A stretch of 64,000 nucleotides of DNA from Octopus bimaculoides (lineage: Eukaryota), in the NCBI RefSeq assembly GCF_001194135.2, contig NC_068987.1, positions 49,218,428 through 49,282,427 of the forward strand. Direction: 5' to 3'. Positions 1 through 10,377 of this stretch are shown one piece after another. The position numbers and the translations under genes were made by a program. The notes below the pieces were generated by a model. The model had not been told where the DNA came from, searched no databases, and worked only from the letters and a program-made list of their open reading frames with translations. How positions within the stretch are numbered: the stretch's first letter is position 1; the number at the start of each line of letters is the position of its first letter.

Positions 1-241
1 GTCGATTTACTCGACTAAAGGTAGTGCTCCAGCATACAGGTACAACAGAAACAGGAAGAAAGAGTGAGAGAAAGTTGTGGTGAAAGAGTACAGCAGGGTT
101 TGCCACCATCCCCTGCCGGAGCCTCATGGAGCTTTAGATGTTTTTGCTCAATAAACACTCACAATGCCCGGTCTAGGAATCAAAACCATGATCCTACAAC
201 CGTGAGTCCGCTGCCCTAACCACTGGGCCATTGCGCCTCCA
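1..241 (-). mobile_element. tRNA-derived SINE (family B)
   Basis: Reverse complement begins GGAGGCGCAATGGCCCAGTGGTTAGGGCAGCGGACTC...GGTTTTGATTCC, an A-box/B-box tRNA-like head followed by a non-tRNA body. Confidence 0.75.
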
Positions 242-839
242 CTGCCAGAATATTACCCATGTGATAAAAACAAATCTAACCAACCAGGACTTCGAGTGGA
301 ATAGGTTCCAGTGACAATTTCACCTTTTGGTGGTCTTCTTTCTGAGCTTAACCATCAGTATAAATTTGGCACACTTTGACTACTTGAGAGAAAGCTTGGA
401 GGGAGGATTGATAGACATCATGGAAGATGGCCAACTGTGACAGCAGACAGCAGCTGGCAACACAAAGGCAATGAACAGTCAGAAGACAAAAGAAGTCAGT
501 TACCTGGCAAGCAGCTAACCACACTAACTGTTGCTACAACAACACCAAGAACAATAATATTCAACATGCTCTCTGCATTTTTTGTTTACAGGAAGAATAA
601 AAATTTTGTTTATCAAAAAATCCCAACAGATTTTGTTGTCTTCTTTGCAACAACCCTGATAAAAATTTTAAAAATCCCATATATTCTACCAAACATATAA
701 GCAATAGAAAATGGTAATTAAAGATTGGTATGTAACGTATCTTTCTTGAAGTTATGTTTTTAATAACCACCAACATTATGAAAAAATTATTTACATTATT
801 TACATTTGACGGATATTTGTCCTCATCTTGTTTGTTGTT

Positions 840-885
840 AACACAACGTTTCGGCTGATATACCCTCCAGCCTTCGTCAGGTGTC
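840..885 (-). ncRNA. Minimal type I hammerhead ribozyme motif (Penelope/retrozyme-type)
   Basis: Minus strand reads GACAC-CUGACGA-A-GGCUG(GAGGGUAUAU)CAGCC-GAA-ACGU-U/GUGUU. It has the core CUGANGA and GAAA, a 5-bp stem II, a palindromic stem III (ACGU) and stem I GACAC/GUGUU. Confidence 0.7.
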
Positions 886-937
886 TTGGGGAAATTTCGA
901 ACCTGGGTTCTCATTCCTAACGATGTTACTATTATTA

Positions 938-968
<31 letters not shown>

Positions 969-1094
969 CAGGTCGCTGCCGTGAATCGAACTCGGAATCT
1001 TGGGGTTAGTAGCCCGCGCTCTTAACCATTACACTCTTAACCCACGGGCATATGGTGTAGTGGTTAAGANNNNNNNNNNATCTTGTTTGTTGTT

Positions 1095-1140
1095 AACACA
1101 ACGTTTCGGCTGATATACCCTCCAGCCTTCGTCAGGTGTC
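1095..1140 (-). ncRNA. Second identical minimal hammerhead motif (255 bp from the first)
   Basis: Sequence identical to 840-885; it may be an assembly duplicate across the gap. Confidence 0.65.
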
Positions 1141-1192
1141 TTGGGGAAATTTCGAACCTGGGTTCTCATTCCTAACGATGTTACTATTATTA

Positions 1193-1223
<31 letters not shown>

Positions 1224-1455
1224 CAGGTCGCTGCCGTGAATCGAACTCGGAATCTTGGGGTTAGTAGCCCGCGCTCTTAACCATTACACTCTTAACCCAC
1301 GGGCATATGGTGTAGTGGTTAAGAGCGCGGGCTACTAACCCCAAGATTCCGAGTTTGATTCACGGCAGTGACCTGATTAATAATAATAATAACAATAATA
1401 ATATAATAATAGTAACATCATTAGGAATAAGAACCCAGGTTCGAAATTTCCCCAA

Positions 1456-1501
1456 GACACCTGACAAAGACTGGAGGGTATATCAGCAGAAACGTTATGT
1501 T
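1456..1501 (+). pseudogene. Mutated (probably inactive) hammerhead copy in the inverted SINE
   Basis: GACAC-CTGACAA-A-GACTG...CAGCA-GAAACGTT-ATGTT: G8 changed to A and stem II/stem I pairs broken. Confidence 0.65.
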
Positions 1502-2124
1502 AACAACAAACAAGATGAGGACAAATATCCGTCAATTGTAAATAATGTAAATAATTCCTCATCTCTTAAATATAGAACTGTATTATGAAAAAATGTTTGA
1601 CAATTTAATTGGATTTTACTTGGCAGCAGAACTTCTTGACAGTGAAAATTGTTAGAGATTAAAATAATTATTTAGAAATAGATGTTATTTTAATCTTCAA
1701 CTCCTGTTTACTTATAATTTTTTGGTAGGATCATTATTATCATCACCATTGTTGTTGTCATCATCACTGTCATCATTGCCATTGTTGTCGTCATCACCAT
1801 CATTGTCATCGTTGCTATTGTCATCATCATTGTTGCTTTAATGTCCATTGTTCTATGATTGCATGGATCAGGCAGAATTTGTTAAAGCAATTTTTCTACA
1901 GCTGGATGCACCTGTTTTCGAATGCGGTAATATTTCCCCATGGCTAAACATGTTTAACCGGAAGATTGGAAACAAATGACACTACTTGTGTGACTGTTTA
2001 CTGTTTACAAATATCACACAATGTCAAGACAAGTAGACACGAACATGCACATACATATATGTATACACACACACACACACACAGAGGTATGCATATATGT
2101 GTGTGTGTGTATTTTTTTGTTTGT

Positions 2125-2830
2125 CTTGGCATCACAAGGCAAGCAAAAATTGCTGTGTACCGTGCATGTGTGCTGACATCGCTCCTTTACTCATGCGAGA
2201 CATGGGCCCTTTACAAACGTTATGTAAAGGTCCTTGAATGCCTCCATTAGAGATGTCTGAGATACATTCTGAATGTTGGCTAGACCTTAAAAACTCCAGA
2301 CACACAGGTCTTGAGGCAAGCTGATTTCTTAAGTATAGAGGTGATGGTACACAAACACTAGTTACGCTAGACTGGATACCTTATTAGAATGAAGGATAGC
2401 AGGATCCCTAAGCAGATGCTATATGAGGAAATTGTTACTGGAAAGAAACCCTGACAGAAACCAAGGCTGTGATTTAAGGACTGTGTCAAGTAATAATTAA
2501 AGGTCTGTGATATGCAGGAGACTGACTGGGAGAGCAATGCCTGTCATCGCCACAGATGGAGGAGGCAGGTGAAGGAGGGGATCGACACCTCTGAAAAAGC
2601 ACGTATTCTGCATGAAGAATTTAAGCATGCTACTCGAAAGCACACTGCTGGTATAGTGAATGGAGAAAGCTTGGTTTGCAATGTTTGCAGTCGTGTATGC
2701 TTGTCAAGAGCAGGGCTCATTAGCCACCAACAGAGCCACAAATGCAAAATATAAAATAATCCTAGAGTGCACGATGTTCCTAAAGGTCAGAAATGGTCAT
2801 CCTCGGTCATGAGTGGACAGCCATCATCAT
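2125..2830 (+). mobile_element. 5'-truncated RTE/BovB-like LINE remnant with C-terminal C2H2 finger
   Basis: KIAVYRACVLTSLLYSCETW, RIPKQMLY, WRRQVKEG and CNVCSRVCLSRAGLISHQQSH, interrupted by stops; ends in a (CAT)n tail. Confidence 0.85.
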
Positions 2831-4844
2831 GTATGTGTATATACATATATANNNNNNNNNNNNNNNNNNNNNNNNNNNNNNNNNNNNNNNNNNNNNNTAT
2901 ATATATATAAGCATATATATAAAAACACATGCATGCACACACACACACATACACATACAAGTATGTGTATGTATGTGTGTTTATATACCTGAACCAATAC
3001 CCACTTTAATTTGTAGAGTATGTAAAAGAAAACCTAAAGCAAAGGATGAAGGACAAAATTTATATTACCTTTTCACAAAGGTGATCACACACTGATATAA
3101 ATCCAGCCCTTCTACAATAAAATGCATTCTAATCCGTTATTATTGTCTAATTACTGTTTTACATCCATTGTTTCATAATGATGGGTTGTTATGGTTGGAT
3201 AATCATAACTTCTGACCTGCTGAAACAATTGCTTTCTTACTTTTTGTTGCCCTTCATACAGCCAGCCATTCAATTTTGAAGTAAAAGTTATAGTTGGCCA
3301 GAGTGACAGAGAACAGCAATATTTTGTTGTTGTTGTTGTTGTTATTTAACCTGGGTCAGACCTGATCGAGCAGACTTATAATGGAAGGCATGCTAACCAT
3401 GAACATCCTGCCTGTTATTTAAGGCAATATGGTTCCAGTATTACATTACACAATATGTCATTTATTTATATATGGTAAGGTGAAACTTCAAGGGTATTTG
3501 GCTGCTATTTCTTGCAAGTGAAGTAATTATACAGAAGCTCCCTCTTTGGCCCATGAAGAGCAAAGTTGTACACTTTGGTTAGAAACACACAATACAGATG
3601 AGCCAATGAAGGAGCCTGTATATGTTCAGCTGATCTGTTGAAAAAGCAGCTAAATCTCCCTCAACTAACACCTTATCATCTCAAGGAAAAGGTGGGAACA
3701 TTAATGCAACCCTAGATGCCCTAAAAATAACATAATGTTCCTGATTGAATGCCTTTGATCATAAATCTACTTGATCAGGTTTGACCAAGTAAACAAATCC
3801 TTATTAGTTTCAGCAATGACTATTCAATTCTTTGGAAAACCAATGCATTTGTTCATTACATTAGCATGTTTGAGGAGGTGCTGAAAAGTTCCTGGCTTTG
3901 GATAAAAGAAAACCCAGGAGGATCAGTTAATTATGATTTTATTTAATATATTCCCCTCTCAAATTCACACACTTATTGTAGTAGTCCTTCAGGTTTTCTA
4001 AGCCCTGAAAAAAAAAAATTGGAAGGTTGGGCATCCAACCAGACCTTCCATGATACCCTTAAAGCCAGGAACTTTTCAGCATCCCCTCATAAGTGGCTGA
4101 GTATTCTAAAGACACATGTTTGCATAATGCAATCTTCAGACAGAATCAGGGTGACAATGTATGACAAAGCTGTACTATTTGAATTACAAGGACAATCCAT
4201 CCAACAGGCTTCCTCACAGTTTCCAGTGACCCAATTTCACTCACAAGACTTGAGTGAACACTAAAACCATAGTAAACAATGCTTGCCTAAGATATCATGC
4301 TGAGGATTGAAACTGGGATCTTTTGATTGCAAAGCAAGCCCTTCTTAATCCTTCAATCATGCTGTTTCCAGACAAAATAATAACATAATACAATAGCTGT
4401 AATAATGTTTGAACTGAGACCTTGTCATCAATAATCAATATTCCACCAAAGGTCTGATTATACATATTGAACCCATTGAATACAGTCACTAGGGTCTACA
4501 AAATCTATGATGTTATGAGCATTTTATATTAAAGTTGATATTAGATAAAATTTAATCTAATGATATTCATCAAGATATTTATCCACACAGCCTGTGAAGT
4601 GTAGCAGTAGCAAGATATACTTCAAAATATTTGTATTTATAATTCTATTTTGGAATAGTCTGTCTCAAAGCAAATAAAGCTGCAAATAACAGCATGTAAA
4701 TATTGGGTTGAGAAATCCTTTTAAATTGAAAATATTGAAACAGGAGATTTGCATTTGTGTCCTACAGGCAGCCTTCAACTCTTTTTCTATTTGTCTGGAA
4801 GGAATTTTCAACCTAGTATTTACATGATATTATTCATAACTTTA

Positions 4845-5250
4845 TAAGGTTAGCAGAACCATTAGCATGTTGGACAATTGCTTAGTGGCATTTCGTTTGT
4901 CTTTTGTTCTGAGTTCCAGTTCTCCCAAGGCCAACTTTGCCTTTCATCCTTCCAAGGTCAATAAAATAAGTACCTGCTAAGCACTGGGGCCAATGGCCTT
5001 GTGCTAAAATTTGAAACCAATATTTAAAGATGGCGGACTGGTAGAATCATTTCCACACTGGACAAAATGCTTAGTGGCATTTCTTCTGACTTTACATTCT
5101 GAGCTCAAATGCTGCCAGGGACGACTTTTGCCTTTCATCCTTTTGAGGGCAATAAAATAAGTACCAGTTAAGCACTTGGGTCAATGTAATCAACTTGTCC
5201 CCTCCCTCAAAATTTCAGGCCTTGTACCTATACTAGAAAGGATTATTTAT
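4845..5250 (+). mobile_element. Two tandem tRNA-derived SINEs (family A)
   Basis: Repeated motif GCAGAATC-TTAGCA...GAGTTCAAAT...TTTGCCTTTCATCCTT...AAATAAGTACC...TTTCAGGCCTTGT, shared with many copies in the window. Confidence 0.75.
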
Positions 5251-5812
5251 AACTTCATGTATTTTGAGATCTGTTCCAAAAATTATTTTATGTTCTCCTG
5301 AGGATTTATAATTCTAATGATGTCAATTTATATTTTTATTTTATCTAACAGAATGTATGCTCAGTAATCAGAGGTTCTATGTTTATCTTCATAGGGCCTT
5401 AATATTACCATTTCTGTCGCTGTGTTTCAAGTCTAGTGAGTGCTGTTATTCATACCATGAAGTGACATCCCTGGATATCATCTTCGTGTTGTATGTCTAA
5501 CGCTAGTCAATTTGGTGGAGACTGTCTTCCACTAAGCAATAGTCTCAGGAGAGGTTAAAGTGAGTTCTATTATTTGACAAACAACCATCTGTCTTACAGT
5601 GCTCCTGCTACCTATAACCAAGAACTATACCACATAGCAGTGGCTACTAATGGCATGTAAATTAAGCAATTGGAAAGTAAGTGCGTTGATTACAAACATC
5701 TTTCAGAAAGTGAATGACAACTGTTTGGCTGACAGTTCAGTATTCATCAATTTAGTTTTACATATACATACATACATACACATAAATACACACATGTGCA
5801 TGCGCACGCACG

Positions 5813-5848
<36 letters not shown>

Positions 5849-5959
5849 TATACAAACACATATATACAAACATCACTGTCACTGTATCACTGTATCAACC
5901 TGACTACTGGATGTTATTATAAACCACTGGTCACAATGCCCTTCCAATTCTTTCTTGAT

Positions 5960-6330
5960 TGTGCTATTCTTTTTCATCTTGGTTCAAATTGTTTAACTAA
6001 ATTGTCTTGCAATCTGTGTAGAGGTTTTCTGGGTGACTTTTTCTGATCTCTTGGATTCCGCTCAGCAACTGCATGCGTCCACTTGTCTGTGAATGTTGAG
6101 ACATGTCTGATCCAGCAGAACTTGTACTTTTGGTATTCTGTGATCATATTATTCACTTCACTCCATTCTCTAATCATTTCATTTCAGACACGCTCTCGCA
6201 ATGATACTCTGAGCACAGATCTTTCCATGGCCCTTTTCATAGTAGCCCATGTCTCACTTGTATAGAAGAACAATGGTATGACAATGCTATTTTGCATGTA
6301 CTCAGACAGCTGTTGCACATTGAATTCATG
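5960..6330 (-). mobile_element. RTE-1-like LINE C-terminal fragment
   Basis: Minus frames give LFFYTSETWATMKRAMERSVL and MIREWSEVNNMITEYQKYKFCWIRHVSTFTDKWTHAVAERNPRD, a typical RTE C-terminus. Confidence 0.75.
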
Positions 6331-6631
6331 CAGGGCTCATGCAAACAAAGAAGGCCTAAACTGATGTAAAAGGACATCTTGAAAAGCACCCTCGAATGGA
6401 ATGGCATTAGTCCATGCAAACTTGAAGCCTCTGCCACAGACAGACCAGTGTGGAGGTCTCTCAACTCGTGAGTAGCAGCATCTTTCTGCTGCAAGAGACA
6501 GATGTCACAGGGAAGCATCTGTCTCAATCCAGATAACAAACTATCGTTATAGCTTTAGACTGTGCAGTCAGGCACTCTCATCACTGAGAACACAGACTTT
6601 GTCATCTTCAGATATTGATGGACAAGCAACA

Positions 6632-6635
<4 letters not shown>
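6331..6635 (+). mobile_element. RTE/BovB-like LINE 3' end
   Basis: RRPKLM*KDILKSTLEWNGISPCKLEASATDRPVWRSL, then a 3' UTR ending GGACAAGCAACAAC. Confidence 0.65.
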
Positions 6636-6691
<56 letters not shown>

Positions 6692-8950
6692 CCTTATGTC
6701 AGGAAATACTTCAGCCCTGATCAGCAGTTGACCTTCACCAAGTTTCAAGTGCAATAGAATTTTGTAATTGGTGAACTGCTCACATGCAAATATTAGTGTA
6801 TAGCTCTACACACATTGAAAAGAATACATTGAAAAGAAATCCATCCAACTGATTAGCAATGCTTCACACGCTAGTGTATTACAATCACCTGTTCACAGAC
6901 ATGTTCTTCCTTTTCATGCCTCTCCCACCCTTAGTAAACAATACCCTCTGCTTCTCTAAACCAATGAGATGTATACCCAACTCCAGCCATACCCATTTGA
7001 TATACTCTTCCTCTCACTACTCCTCTGTTATATCTCACCTCATAGATCTTGCACTTAATTTGTCTTTATTCCTCTAGAACTCACTTCCTACCTGCATATA
7101 TAAATTTCTTTTTTCCCAATTTCCGCCTTGAAACGTTCAATTTGAACATCAACCACATCGATTTTACCAGAGGCACTTCTCTCACCTTATGTTTAACTTA
7201 TAAACAATGATACCAGATGCAACCAGATTTCGTCAGGCCATACTAATAACTATGTTGAAAATGCTAAATTTCTGTTGGCAGGTTATCTTTACTACCATCT
7301 ACTTTCTTCTCTCTCTCTCTCTTGAGGTTTAAATAGGAACACAAATATGTAGGATAGTTCTGGATTTGAAATGGATAGCAGATGTACAATTTAGAAGTTG
7401 GATGTAAATATGCAGCAAATGAATGTGGGTTTTAAGTGTGATGGTAATTAAAAGTAGCAATGGCTAGGCTAGGCAAAAATATAAGACTTGTTAAAACATT
7501 TATTCTTCTTAAACATTAAAAGGTTAAGAAAATAGCACAAAGAAACCAACAACAAGTATTAGAAGTAGTTAAGTTGATGTAATATTTAAATAAATGTTAA
7601 TATTTATTTAAATACTGCTAAACAATAATATTTAAAGAAATATGGTTCACATCTCGTATGTTTTAAGGAATAGATTTCTTTATATGTGCAAGAGATAAAA
7701 GAGGAAAAAGATTTATATCCAAGAAAGGATCAAGAATTGAAGATTTTTCAGTTCAAGTTGTTGCTGTTGTCATTGTCATCATCATCATCATCATCATTGT
7801 CATTGTTGCTGTTGTCCCAGGTCAGCTCTGAACAAGAAGACTTAATGACCAGTAGGTAATTGGTCAAACAGTGAGGCATGGGCCCCACAGATGTGTAGAA
7901 AATATGTTATGCGAATATATTTTCTGCAGTTACATAGAGCAAGGTGCAACCAGATTACATTGTACTCAAGTTGTTCAACTTTTTTGATACCAACCCACCT
8001 GAAACTGATCTTGATTCTATGTTACAAACTTTCTAGTTTGAAGTGATCTAAATAAAAATACTTCCATGACAAGGTCATGCTAATTCATGTCTCAGAAACC
8101 AGGCTAACAAGGACAAAGTTATTTTTCTAAATTCTTTATCGTTTTCAAAAGTAACTGAAATAAAAGCAGTGCATTTCAATAGAAATGTGGTAACAAAAAT
8201 TTTTAATATGATACTGTTACACAAGTTGTTATTTCCTACGTGATACAACTGCCATAGCAATCTCTAACATCACTATACCTAAGATTCATTTGCTTGGATA
8301 AGGTATTTTTGACATAATACCATATTTAGTAAGTAGTCTAGCTGTTACTAAGGAGACTAGATGTAGGTGAATGGTGTGTGAGAGCTTTACAACCCACTTA
8401 CAGAGATACACTTCCTGAAAATAAGATCAAACACAGTATGAAAATAAAATCAATGGGTTACTGGAAAATTCAATTTGGTTGTTAATCTTTTTTTTTTTTT
8501 CTGAATAAGAGATACAAATGCATGACTAAAATGTTTATATTATATTAGACATGATAGTTGTCATCATATATTTTGTCCTGAAGAGTTTTATCAAATGAAA
8601 TCTGACTATAGTATAATATTTGAAGCCTCATTGAGTCTTTTAATTTAAGGCTACTTAATGATACTGGCCTAATAATTTTGGGTTTTTTAAGACAAAACAA
8701 AAAAAAAATCAGAAATAGTTAAGTCAGTATCAAAATATTTAAATCTGCATGATACTGCCTCTGGTTCTCTGATAAAAACATCTTTTTTTCTAGTGATCTA
8801 AATTAAAATCTTCCATTAAAATTCCATATTAATTTATGTTCTAAACACAAACTTAAAAGTGACAAAGTCATTCTAAAAAATATTTTGATAGTTTCAACAT
8901 TAATTGAAACTGTAACAAGGTTCAAAACCTAACTGCTTGATACTTGACCA

Positions 8951-10336
8951 GACACCAGAAGTGAGCCACCACAGTTTCACATGATTGGTCTATAAATCAA
9001 CCAATCAGCACAAAGCGGTGGCATGATACGGGGGGGGGGTTTCTCAAATGTTCTAAAATTTGACTTCTTGTCCTCTATAAAAACCACTACTGACCCCACA
9101 GATTGCCTTGAAGATTTGTGCAGATGACTTCGTGTATTTTTGGACTGACCACATGTCACACAGATAGCTTTCTATATTTTCAGAGTAGTTTTTCTCTCTA
9201 TCCCATTTGGCAATTATTTATATCATTCATTGTAATTAGCCAACACCAAATATCATTATGCTCAGCAATAAATATCAAGTTAAATGTTCATGGGTTTGCT
9301 TCAATTATTATTCTTACAACCCATAACAACATCCACATGTACACAACACAATGTTAATGAAGTCATCCACTTAAGCAAAGGTAATGCATACTTCCAAAGT
9401 AAATGTTGAATGACCAGCAAAACTCAAGCAACAAGCAATCTCTTGCAATAAAACAAAATCAATGTATTTCAAAAGGAATATGGTAACAAAAGGGCTAGTT
9501 AAAAAGCTAATTAAAATTATATATGGATGAAAAAATAGTATCAGTCTTTAACCAAAAATGACTACCTGGCAGAATCATTAGCACACCAAGCAAAATGCTT
9601 AGAGGCATTTTGTCTGTCTTTATATTCCAAATTCAAATGCTGCCAAGGTCAACTTTACCTGTTTCATCCTTTCAGGGTGGATAAAATTAGGATTAGTTGA
9701 GTACTGGGGTGGGGGTCAATGAAATTGACTTACCCAGTTGCCTGAATTTGCTGGCCTTGTATCAAAATTTTAAATCAATATTTTTATCATTTTGCCAAAT
9801 AAGTGAGACAACTTCAGATATGTTTCAATCTCATAATGACTTTAGCAGCAAAGTATACTTATTTTCAGTACACAAATATATAACATCCATGTTGAAAATG
9901 CCGTTGGTTGCTTGTTGCTGCTCAAGTTGAGCTCGTCATTGAAAATATATTTTGTTGGTTGTATGAATAATAACTGAAACAAACTCGTGAACATTTAAGT
10001 GAATATTTATTGCCCAACATATAGATATTTGATGTTGGCTATTTACAATGAACAATATAAATAATTGCTGACTGGACGAGTGAGACAGACTACATTGAAA
10101 TTATAGAAAGCTGTCTGTGTGACTACATGCATTTGATCCCAAAATATATTAAGTCAACTGCAAATCTCCATGACAACAGAAGCCCATTGGCTATCTGCAC
10201 TCCAAGTTAAGTACCAAATAGTTTTTATAGGGGACCAGAAGAACATTCAAGAAAACCATATCATACCACAGTCTACCACTGATTGGTCAATTTATAGACC
10301 AATCACTTGAAACTATGGTGGTTCATTTGTGGTGTC
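8951..10336. repeat. Inverted pair of a ~180-bp repeat (8951-9130 and 10151-10336)
   Basis: GACACCAGAAGTGAGCCACCACAGTTTCACATGATTGGTCTATAAATCAACCAATCAG matches the reverse complement of 10280-10336 with mismatches; homology continues to GCAG(A/T)TGACTT. Confidence 0.75.
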
Positions 10337-10377
10337 TGACTGAGTATTTAGCAGTTAGGTTTCAAATCACTGTGACA

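Larger units (their letters stand above)
782..1556. mobile_element. Head-to-head inverted pair of tRNA-headed SINEs with an (AAT)n linker and a hammerhead-containing tail; minus copy duplicated across a 10-N gap
   Basis: 1081-1289 is the reverse complement of ~1310-1520, and 826-1069 is identical to 1081-1324. The plus copy has an A box TGGTGTAGTGG (1308-1318) and a B box GAGTTTGATTC (1351-1361). Confidence 0.85.

Noticed and set aside
1301-1370. tRNA gene-like sequences (also the heads at 1-241 and 37360-37440)
   Set aside because: A/B boxes are present, but there is no complete acceptor stem and they continue into SINE bodies; treated as SINE heads.
4640-4800. Protein-like minus frames (QYFQFKRISQPNIYMLLFAALFALRQTIPK*)
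   Set aside because: Weak acceptor, no recognisable family, and length expected by chance.
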